Positions 6,060-13,484 of a stretch of DNA of 38,640 nt are shown in pieces; the stretch's first letter is position 1, and each line of letters opens with the position of its first letter. The notes below the pieces were generated by a model. The model was not told the DNA's origin. It did not search any database and worked only from the letters and a program-made list of their open reading frames with translations. Source of the stretch: Candidatus Omnitrophota bacterium (GTDB lineage Bacteria > Omnitrophota > Gorgyraeia > Gorgyraeales > Gorgyraeaceae); NCBI GenBank assembly GCA_018896815.1, contig JAHILY010000020.1, positions 1 to 38,640 on the forward strand, read 5' to 3'. The translations under genes and the position numbers were made by a program.

Positions 6060-9000
6060 ATGTATCACTCCGATTTCGTACATCTCCACGTTCACACCCA
6101 ATACAGCCTCCTTGACGGCGCAAATCTCATAAAAGATCTCGTAGAGGCTGCCAGGCGCATGAAGATGCCTGCAGTCGCCATAACAGACCACGGCAACATG
6201 TTTGGCGCCATTGAATTTTACCAGGCCTGCATGCAGAACGGCATAAAGCCTATCATAGGAAGCGAAGTATACATGGCGCCTAATAGCCGGCTCGACAAGA
6301 CTATTTACAGGGGCGGCGAGACATCAAATCACCTCATACTGCTTGCGCGTGATGAAACCGGCTACGGGAATTTAATAAAACTTGTTTCCATCGGCTACTT
6401 AGAGGGATTTTATTATAAACCAAGGATAGACAAAGAGGCCCTGGCTAAATATTCAGAAGGCCTTATTGCGCTTTCAAGCTGCCTTAAAGGCGAATTAGCC
6501 AGGCTTGCAATGGATAATAATGAGCAAAAGATCAAAGAACTGGCCCGCCAATACCAGGATATCATGGGAAAAGACAATTTTTATTTTGAGATCCAGGATA
6601 ATCAAATACCAGAGCAGAAAAAGGTCAATCGCGTGCTTGTAAAGCTGGGCAAGGAATTAGGCATCGGCGTAGTGGCAACAAATGACGTGCACTACCTCAC
6701 CAGGGAAAGGGCGCGTTCGCACGAGGCGCTTCTCTGCATCCAGACCCAGGCTACCCTTGATGACCCAAACCGCATGAAGCTCCAGACAGACCAGTTTTAT
6801 TTTAAGTCCCCTGAAGAGATGAAAGAACTTTTTAAAGACGTGCCAGAGGCCATTTCAAATACAATAAAGATAACTGAAAGGTGTAATCTGGAATTAGATT
6901 TTTCAAAGACATTCCTGCCTCACTATGCGCCGCCAAAAGACATGACCCGGGAGGGCTACCTGAGAAAGCTCTGCGAGGAAGGAATAAAAAAGAGGTACAC
7001 TGATGTATCGCCTGAAAAGAAAGAGAGGCTGGAACACGAGCTGAGTGTTATTAATAAATCCGGCTACACGAGTTATTTTCTTATTGCGTGGGATTTCGTG
7101 AGCTATGCAAAAGAGCAGGGTATAGTAGTTGGCCCTGGCAGGGGATCAGCAGCAGGAAGTATAGTCAGCTATTGTCTGGGCATAACAGATATAGACCCGC
7201 TGAGATACAACCTGCTGTTCGAAAGATTTTTAAATCAGGAACGCGTTACCATGCCTGATATAGATATAGATTTCTGTTATGAGCGAAGGGGTGAAGTAAT
7301 AGATTATGTCATAAAAAAATATGGTCAGGACAATGTTGCGCAGATCATAACATTTGGCACCATGGCTGCCAGGGCAGTCATAAGGGATGTGGGAAGGGTA
7401 ATGAACATACCTTATGCTGATGTTGACAGGATCGCAAAGCTCGTCCCTGCTGACCCAAACATGAAACTTGAGCTCGCGCTTGAGCAGGAGCCAGAATTAA
7501 AGAGCCTTTACGATACCGACCCCAGAATAAAGGAGCTCATTGACACATCGAGGCATCTTGAGGGCCTGACGCGCCACGCATCTACTCATGCGGCAGGCGT
7601 TGTGATAAGCGAAGACCCGCTAGTAAATCACGTGCCGCTTTTTAAAACTGGTGACGGCCAGGTCTCCACAGGGTATGCAATGGCCTCGCTTGAAAAGATA
7701 GGCCTTCTTAAGATGGACTTTCTGGGCCTGAGGACATTGACTGTTATCCAGGAATCACTGAAGATAATCAATAAGGTCAATAACATCAGCCTCAAGATGG
7801 AAGACCTTTCTGCCGACGACAAAAAGACATTTAAGCTCTTTAGCAGGGCAGAAACAATGGGCATATTTCAGCTGGAATCATCAGGCATGAGAGACCTCCT
7901 GAAGAAATTAAAGCCTGAAAAATTTGAAGACATCGTAGCGCTCCTTGCTTTGTATAGACCTGGACCGATCGGCAGCGGCATGCTGGACGACTTTATGAAG
8001 AGGAAGCACAAGGAAATAGAGGTCAGGTATGACCACCGTCTGCTCGAGCCGATTCTTAAGGAGACTTATGGGATCATAGTCTACCAGGAACAGGTCATGA
8101 TGATCGTCTCAAGCCTTGCCGGGTTCTCACTGGCGCAGGCAGATATTTTACGCCGCGCAATCGGCAAAAAGACGCCGGAGATCATGGACCAGCAGAGAAA
8201 GGCTTTTATAGATGGAGCAATTAAGAATAACATCGATAAGCGCATTGCAGAAAAGATCTTTAGTCTAATCGAGCACTTTGCGGGGTATGGTTTTAACAAA
8301 AGCCACTCTGCCGCATACGCGATGATCTCCTACAGGACCGCATACCTAAAGGCAAATTATCCGGTTGAATTCATGACTGCGCTTCTAACAAGCGAAAAAG
8401 ATAACACAGACAAGATAGTCGAATATATCGACGAGGCAGAGCTCATGGGCCTTAAGATACTGCCCCCTGATGTAAATGAGAGCTTTGCAAACTTTACAAT
8501 GGTCGGCAGGGATTCTATCAGGTTCGGGCTTGGCGCAGTAAAGAACGTTGGTCAGACAGCAATAGATTCTATTATAGAAGCAAGAAAGTCAAAAGGGCCA
8601 TTTAAGACGCTTTATGAATTTTGCGAACGCACGGATTCGAGGCTCGTAAATAAAAAGGTGATAGAGAGTCTTATAAAATGCGGCGCATTTGACAGCCTGA
8701 ATCTAAAGAGGTCGCAGATGATCGCAATGCTTCAGAGGGCGATGGATACGGCAAATACAATACAAAAAGAACGCTCCATTGGCCAGATGCTTCTTTTTAG
8801 TGATCAGGCAGATGTCGTAAATAATGACGTGCCTGATATTAAAGAGTGGCCGGAAGGCCAGCTCCTGCATTTTGAAAAAGAGATGCTGGGTTTTTATATT
8901 ACCGGCCACCCGCTTGCCAGGTATGAAAAGATCCTGCAGGAATATTCAACTGCTGATTCATCAGGGCTTAAGGAGCTTGGCGATGGGGCAAAGATAAGGT

Positions 9001-9488
9001 TTGGAGGTATAATCAACAAGGTAAAAAATACAGTAACCAAACGCACTGGCGAGAAAATGGCAATAATGATGATGGAGGATCTTGAGGGGGCCGTAGAGGT
9101 ACTGGTCTTTCCTGCCTCATACAAGAATGTCTCAAAGCATGTGCGGCCAAATTTTGCAGTCTTTGTAGAGGGCCGGCTGAATCTGAGAGAAGATCGGCCA
9201 AAAATAATCGTGGAAGACATAGTGCCGATCGAAGAGGCGCGGCGGCGATTTACAAAAAAACTTACAGTAAATATTGTTTCAATAGGTATGGAAAATAATG
9301 TCCTGGAGGACGTGAAAAAGATCTTTGAACGCCACAAAGGAAACATCCCGGTATACCTCAGTGTTTCTACCAAGAATAACGGCTCATACAGCATAGTCGT
9401 TGACAAAGGCCTCTTCATAAGCCCCACCAATGACCTTGTCTCAGAGCTCGAAGAACTCGTCGGCCGCGATCATATCAAATTCGAGTAA
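6060..9488 (+). CDS. dnaE: DNA polymerase III alpha subunit
   Basis: 1142 aa. N-terminal PHP motif FVHLHVHTQYSLLDGA, GPGRGSAAGS, PDIDIDF, FNKSHSAAYA, and a C-terminal OB-fold region. Confidence 0.95.
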   Translation: MYHSDFVHLHVHTQYSLLDGANLIKDLVEAARRMKMPAVAITDHGNMFGAIEFYQACMQNGIKPIIGSEVYMAPNSRLDKTIYRGGETSNHLILLARDETGYGNLIKLVSIGYLEGFYYKPRIDKEALAKYSEGLIALSSCLKGELARLAMDNNEQKIKELARQYQDIMGKDNFYFEIQDNQIPEQKKVNRVLVKLGKELGIGVVATNDVHYLTRERARSHEALLCIQTQATLDDPNRMKLQTDQFYFKSPEEMKELFKDVPEAISNTIKITERCNLELDFSKTFLPHYAPPKDMTREGYLRKLCEEGIKKRYTDVSPEKKERLEHELSVINKSGYTSYFLIAWDFVSYAKEQGIVVGPGRGSAAGSIVSYCLGITDIDPLRYNLLFERFLNQERVTMPDIDIDFCYERRGEVIDYVIKKYGQDNVAQIITFGTMAARAVIRDVGRVMNIPYADVDRIAKLVPADPNMKLELALEQEPELKSLYDTDPRIKELIDTSRHLEGLTRHASTHAAGVVISEDPLVNHVPLFKTGDGQVSTGYAMASLEKIGLLKMDFLGLRTLTVIQESLKIINKVNNISLKMEDLSADDKKTFKLFSRAETMGIFQLESSGMRDLLKKLKPEKFEDIVALLALYRPGPIGSGMLDDFMKRKHKEIEVRYDHRLLEPILKETYGIIVYQEQVMMIVSSLAGFSLAQADILRRAIGKKTPEIMDQQRKAFIDGAIKNNIDKRIAEKIFSLIEHFAGYGFNKSHSAAYAMISYRTAYLKANYPVEFMTALLTSEKDNTDKIVEYIDEAELMGLKILPPDVNESFANFTMVGRDSIRFGLGAVKNVGQTAIDSIIEARKSKGPFKTLYEFCERTDSRLVNKKVIESLIKCGAFDSLNLKRSQMIAMLQRAMDTANTIQKERSIGQMLLFSDQADVVNNDVPDIKEWPEGQLLHFEKEMLGFYITGHPLARYEKILQEYSTADSSGLKELGDGAKIRFGGIINKVKNTVTKRTGEKMAIMMMEDLEGAVEVLVFPASYKNVSKHVRPNFAVFVEGRLNLREDRPKIIVEDIVPIEEARRRFTKKLTVNIVSIGMENNVLEDVKKIFERHKGNIPVYLSVSTKNNGSYSIVVDKGLFISPTNDLVSELEELVGRDHIKFE

Positions 9489-9503
9489 CCCCGCTTAATT
9501 CTA

Positions 9504-9533
9504 TTGACAAGTTCCCGCCTGTCATGTTACACT
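9504..9533 (+). promoter_or_regulatory. Candidate promoter for the HU/IHF gene
   Basis: TTGACA (9504-9509), then 17 nt to TTACAC or 18 nt to TACACT. Confidence 0.45.
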
Positions 9534-9576
9534 ACCCGTTGTAAATCAAGCAGATAGAACAAAAGGAGGTATTTGC

Positions 9577-9849
9577 ATGACCAAGAAAGATATTGTACTG
9601 AAGATCTCGGAGGAGACTGATATCAAACAGATCGACGTAAAGGCCGTTGTTCAAAAGACTTTTGATATTATTGTCGATGCCCTGGCACAAGGTAAAAGGA
9701 TAGAGCTCAGGAATTTTGGCGTATTCAAGACCAAGTCCAGGAAAGGCCGTATGGGCCGAAACCCAAGGACAGGTCAGCAGGTCCCTGTGGACCCAAAGCG
9801 CGTCGCTGTGTTTAAACCAGGGTTAGTGATGAAGGCCAAAGTGAAATAA
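9577..9849 (+). CDS. HU/IHF-family DNA-bending protein
   Basis: 90 aa. RIELRNFGVFKTKSRKGRMGRNPRTGQQVPVDPKRVAVFKPG is the beta-arm region of the family. AGGAGG SD at 9564-9569. Confidence 0.85.
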   Translation: MTKKDIVLKISEETDIKQIDVKAVVQKTFDIIVDALAQGKRIELRNFGVFKTKSRKGRMGRNPRTGQQVPVDPKRVAVFKPGLVMKAKVK

Positions 9850-9850
9850 T

Positions 9851-9957
9851 CGCGGAAATACGCGGAAGCCTCCGCCTACGGCGGAGGACGCGGAAAAACG
9901 CGGAAGCTCTGTTTGAGTTTCAGCGTAGTTCAGCGTTATGTTCCGCGTGGTTCAGCG
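9851..9957 (+). repeat. Array of eight CGCGGAA / TTC(A/C)GCG heptamers around a GC hairpin
   Basis: CGCGGAA at 9851, 9861, 9889, 9899. Hairpin CCTCCGCC-TAC-GGCGGAGG at 9869-9887. TTCAGCG at 9919, 9929, 9951 and TTCCGCG at 9941, so these four are spaced 10-12 nt apart. Confidence 0.7.
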
Positions 9958-9976
9958 ATTAACCGTTAACCATACT

Positions 9977-11227
9977 ATGTTAAAAGCACTCCGCGGTACA
10001 AAAGATATTCTTCCTGACGAAGCTCGATTATGGCAGTACATTGAAGCTTCTAGCAGGTATATATTTTCTATATATGGGTATAAAGAGATACGCACGCCCG
10101 TGATCGAAGAGGCGTCCTTGTTTATCAGGAGCATTGGTAATGCTACTGACATAGTGCAGAAAGAGATGTATGTATTCACAGACAGAGGAGGCCGCCAAAT
10201 TGCGCTAAGGCCAGAGGCAACTGCGTCTGTGGTCCGCTCATACATAGAAAATTCCATAGGGAACAAGGAAGGGCTTTCAAAGTTATTCTACATCGGCCCT
10301 ATGTTCAGGAGCGAGCGGCCGCAGAAGGGCAGACAGCGCCAATTTCATCAGTTAGGCGTAGAGGCAATTGGTTCAGATGCTCCATTGCTTGATGCTGAGA
10401 TCATTCTACTGGCCGGTGATTTGTTAAAGAAATTAAACATCCATAATTTTAAGATAAAGATAAACAGCCTTGGCTGCAAAAAAGACAAAGAAAAGATACT
10501 GGAAGATCACAGAAAAGCCATAAAGCCGCACTTAAAGTCACTGTGTGATGAGTGTAACGAGCGCTACGAAAAGAATGTGCTCAGGGTATTTGATTGCAAA
10601 AATCCTGAATGCCAGAAGATTGTCAGTAAGATTGATGCTGCCAATAGCTTGTGTAAGGATTGCGAAGGCCATTTTAAGAGCGTAAAGAGCGCATTGGACG
10701 AACTTAAGGTTGCCTATGAGGTTGATCCCAGGATAGTAAGAGGCCTTGATTATTACACAAAGACAGTGTTTGAAATAGTTCAGGAAGACCTGGGCGCAAA
10801 GGATGCTATATGCGCTGGCGGCAGATACAATAACCTGATTCAGGACATGGGCGGCAAGTCCACGCCTGCTACAGGTTTTGCATTTGGGATCGAGAGGTTG
10901 ATCCTGGCCATTAAGGATTCAGATGTTAAATCAGGGCCTTCGCTGGATGCATTTATAGCTATTGTGGACAAGGATAAATTTAAACAGGGCTTTGCGCTTC
11001 TTTCATCTTTGCGCAAAAAAGGCATTGCTTGTGACATTGACTATGAAGACAAATCTCTGAAGGCGCAGATGAGAAAGGCAGAAAAGCTTGGCGCGCGGTT
11101 CGTTATTATCTTTGGCGGAGACGAGTTTAAGAAGGGCAAGGTTGCGCTGAGGGATATGATGAAGAGAGAACAGAGGGAAGTAGAATTAGAGGATATTACT
11201 AAAGAGATTTGCGATTACACCGCGTAG
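9977..11227 (+). CDS. hisS: Histidyl-tRNA synthetase
   Basis: Start moved to the ATG at 9977 (MLKALRGTKDILPDE matches the usual HisRS N-terminus). FRSERPQKGRQRQFHQLGVE is motif 2. GGRYNNL. C-terminal anticodon-binding domain. Confidence 0.9.
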   Translation: MLKALRGTKDILPDEARLWQYIEASSRYIFSIYGYKEIRTPVIEEASLFIRSIGNATDIVQKEMYVFTDRGGRQIALRPEATASVVRSYIENSIGNKEGLSKLFYIGPMFRSERPQKGRQRQFHQLGVEAIGSDAPLLDAEIILLAGDLLKKLNIHNFKIKINSLGCKKDKEKILEDHRKAIKPHLKSLCDECNERYEKNVLRVFDCKNPECQKIVSKIDAANSLCKDCEGHFKSVKSALDELKVAYEVDPRIVRGLDYYTKTVFEIVQEDLGAKDAICAGGRYNNLIQDMGGKSTPATGFAFGIERLILAIKDSDVKSGPSLDAFIAIVDKDKFKQGFALLSSLRKKGIACDIDYEDKSLKAQMRKAEKLGARFVIIFGGDEFKKGKVALRDMMKREQREVELEDITKEICDYTA

Positions 11228-11255
11228 GTGCGCACCGCGCACCTACGCGGTGTAA
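11215..11255. repeat. CACCGCGTAGGTG-family palindrome, copy 1 (overlaps the hisS stop)
   Basis: Perfect 19-bp arms TTACACCGCGTAGGTGCGC / GCGCACCTACGCGGTGTAA with a 3-nt loop. The hisS TAG (11225-11227) lies in the 5' arm. Confidence 0.7.
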
Positions 11256-11279
11256 TGGGTCGCAGAAAGGATTGTACTG

Positions 11280-12662
11280 GTGAAACGCACGCACACCTGC
11301 GGTGAATTGACAGAGCGGAATATCGGAGAAAAGGCTGCACTTTTAGGATGGGTGCATAAGAGACGCGACCATGGCAAGATAATTTTTATTGATATACGCG
11401 ACAGATACGGTATCACCCAGGTCGTATTTTTCAAGAACAAAAAAGCAGAGGAGCTCCGCAGCGAATACGTGATAGGCGTGAGCGGCGCAGTGCAGCAAAG
11501 GCCAAAGGGAACAGAGAATACCAAGATTATCACTGGCCAGATAGAGCTTGCAGCTGAAGAGATCGAGATAATAAATACCTCGCTTACACCTCCTTTTGAA
11601 TTAGATGAGATGTCTGAGGTGTCAGAAGAGGTCAGGTTGAAATATAGATACGTTGATCTCCGAAGGCCAGCCATGCAGAAAAATCTCTTTTTGCGGCACA
11701 GGGTCTGTAAGTTAATCAGGGATTTTCTGGACAAAGAGGACTTTATAGAGGTCGAGACGCCTGTCCTGACAAAATCTACGCCTGAAGGCGCCAGGGATTT
11801 TCTGGTGCCATCGAGAGTGAACTGGGGAAAGTTTTTTGCCCTTCCACAGTCCCCCCAGCTATTTAAACAGCTGCTCATGGTATCGGGGTTTGAAAAATAT
11901 TTTCAGATAGCGAAGTGTTTCAGGGATGAAGACCTGCGCTCTGACAGGCAGCCTGAATTTACACAACTGGATATGGAGATGTCTTTTATTGATGAGGGTG
12001 CAATTTTCAGCATCACAGAAAAATTAATGTATCATGTCTTTGATAAAGCGCTTGGTCAAAAATTAAAGATACCATTCCCCAGGATGAGCCATAAGGAGGC
12101 AATGGAAAAATACAAGACAGACAAACCAGACCTGAGAAAGGATAAGAAGGGCTTTGAATTTTTGTGGGTTACGAGTTTTCCTCTGTTTAAATATGACGGG
12201 GAGAACAAGCGCTGGGACATGGAGCACCATCCGTTTACCTCGCCTGTGCAGGAAGACATGGATCTTATTGAAAGCGCGCCAGACAAGGTCCGCTCAAGGG
12301 CATATGACCTGGTGATCAATGGCGCTGAGATAGCGTCAGGCAGCATAAGGATCCATAAGAAGGAGCTGCAGGAAAGGATCTTTAAGCGCATAGGTATGGA
12401 TATTACGCATGCAAGGGAGAGGTTTGGATTCTTATTAGATGCATTTAATTATGGCGCGCCGCCTCATGGCGGGATTGCATTCGGACTGGACAGGCTTTTG
12501 TCTTTGATGTGCGGCGCAGAGAGCATAAGAGAGGTAATAGCATTTCCTAAGACTCAGAAAGCAGCTTGCCCGATGACAGAATCACCGTCTTCGGTTGATG
12601 ATAGACAGTTAAGGGAATTAGGGATCAGGGCATTAACTAAAAAAGTAAAGGAAAGGGGGTAA
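11280..12662 (+). CDS. aspS: Aspartyl-tRNA synthetase, bacterial type but without the GAD insertion domain
   Basis: 460 aa with a GTG start. Bacterial-type N-terminus HTCGELTERNIGEKAALLGWVHKRRDHGKIIFIDIRDRYG. Motif 2 FRDEDLRSDRQPEFTQLDMEMSF. DKPDLR is joined after 7 residues to FLWVTSFPLF. Motif 3 GIAFGLDRL. Confidence 0.9.
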   Translation: MKRTHTCGELTERNIGEKAALLGWVHKRRDHGKIIFIDIRDRYGITQVVFFKNKKAEELRSEYVIGVSGAVQQRPKGTENTKIITGQIELAAEEIEIINTSLTPPFELDEMSEVSEEVRLKYRYVDLRRPAMQKNLFLRHRVCKLIRDFLDKEDFIEVETPVLTKSTPEGARDFLVPSRVNWGKFFALPQSPQLFKQLLMVSGFEKYFQIAKCFRDEDLRSDRQPEFTQLDMEMSFIDEGAIFSITEKLMYHVFDKALGQKLKIPFPRMSHKEAMEKYKTDKPDLRKDKKGFEFLWVTSFPLFKYDGENKRWDMEHHPFTSPVQEDMDLIESAPDKVRSRAYDLVINGAEIASGSIRIHKKELQERIFKRIGMDITHARERFGFLLDAFNYGAPPHGGIAFGLDRLLSLMCGAESIREVIAFPKTQKAACPMTESPSSVDDRQLRELGIRALTKKVKERG

Positions 12663-12665
12663 GTA

Positions 12666-13244
12666 ATGAAAAGATTTATAGCTTACAGCTTACTGCTTAT
12701 AGCTTTTTTGCTATCTGGTTGTGTCTCAAGGGTAGTTCCTCATGATGTTGACAGGGTGGATCAGGAATTAGCAGGCAATAGAGGCATAATAATGGGCCAG
12801 GCAAGTAGTGAGCCAGTCGCTGAGAGAAAGAAGACAAGGAGGATATATAATCTGGAAATAGAGTTACCTTACAGGGAGCAACAAAAATCAAGCAGGAAGG
12901 CCATTAGAAGTAAAAAATACACAGAAAAGAAAAAGGCCTTGCAGGAAAAAGGCTCAGGGAAATTGAGTTTTTCAAAGGGGCCTCAGGTGGTCTATAAGAC
13001 GCCCGCTTCAGCGGGATTGAAGTATCAGGGAGAGTCAGGCGCTGGCATCCTTATAAAAGGCGTTCAGGGAAAAGAAAAAGAAGAGACGATCTATGTGGTA
13101 AAAAAGGGAGACACGCTCCAGAAGATATCCAATAAGATGTACGGCACTACGAAGAAGTGGCAGAAGATTTACGAGGCAAACAAGAACATCCTTAAGGGCC
13201 CGAACATGATCAACCCGGGCCAGAAGCTGGTTATACCGGAGTGA
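12666..13244 (+). CDS. LysM-domain lipoprotein
   Basis: 192 aa. Lipobox LIAFLLSGC. C-terminal LysM YVVKKGDTLQKISNKMYGTTKKWQKIYEANKNILKGPNMINPGQKLVIPE. Confidence 0.8.
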   Translation: MKRFIAYSLLLIAFLLSGCVSRVVPHDVDRVDQELAGNRGIIMGQASSEPVAERKKTRRIYNLEIELPYREQQKSSRKAIRSKKYTEKKKALQEKGSGKLSFSKGPQVVYKTPASAGLKYQGESGAGILIKGVQGKEKEETIYVVKKGDTLQKISNKMYGTTKKWQKIYEANKNILKGPNMINPGQKLVIPE

Positions 13245-13255
13245 TCGCTGAACTT

Positions 13256-13300
13256 ATCTCCCCCGCCGCGGGGGTGATCCACCCCCGCGGTGGGGGAGAT
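13256..13300 (+). terminator. Very stable GC hairpin after the LysM gene (no T-run)
   Basis: ATCTCCCCCGCCGCGGGGGT (13256-13275), loop GATCC, ACCCCCGCGGTGGGGGAGAT (13281-13300). 19 of 20 positions pair. Confidence 0.5.
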
Positions 13301-13333
13301 ACTGGCCATCCTAATACCTTTAAAGGATGGGCT

Positions 13334-13467
13334 TTATCGCCGAAGGCGATTTTCTTGCAGTATAGGAAAGTATATCCCCCCTTGTTTTGTTTTGCTTCGC
13401 TCAACAAAACAAAACAGGGGGGACTGCGAAAATCGCTTAAAAGTTATCGCGAAGCGATTTTCTTGAA
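13334..13467 (+). repeat. Hairpin ATCGCCGAAGGCGATTTTC plus C6TTGTTTT...AAAACAG6 palindromic element and conserved tail, copy B
   Basis: 13334-13357 is TTATCGCCGAAGGCGATTTTCTTG. 13374-13423 is a near-perfect 19-bp stem TCCCCCCTTGTTTTGTTTT / AAAACAAAACAGGGGGGA. The tail at 13417-13467 matches 4701-4753. Confidence 0.6.
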
Positions 13468-13484
13468 TTTCAAACGAGGTATCC

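Noticed and set aside
9850-9976. T-box leader upstream of hisS-aspS
   Set aside because: I found no specifier-loop or T-box consensus (AATTAGGGTGGTACCGCG-like) and no terminator/antiterminator pair. The region is instead a heptamer array.
11243-11878. 211-aa ORF on the minus strand
   Set aside because: It lies entirely antisense to the well-supported aspS CDS. Its translation is Ser/Leu-rich low complexity with no motifs. This is the typical shadow ORF of a strongly coding opposite strand. The same reasoning applies to 735-1103, 1928-2392, 2086-2532, 5017-5472, 8894-9430, 19365-19871, 24202-24585, 30609-31076, 37108-37554 and the other minus-strand entries.
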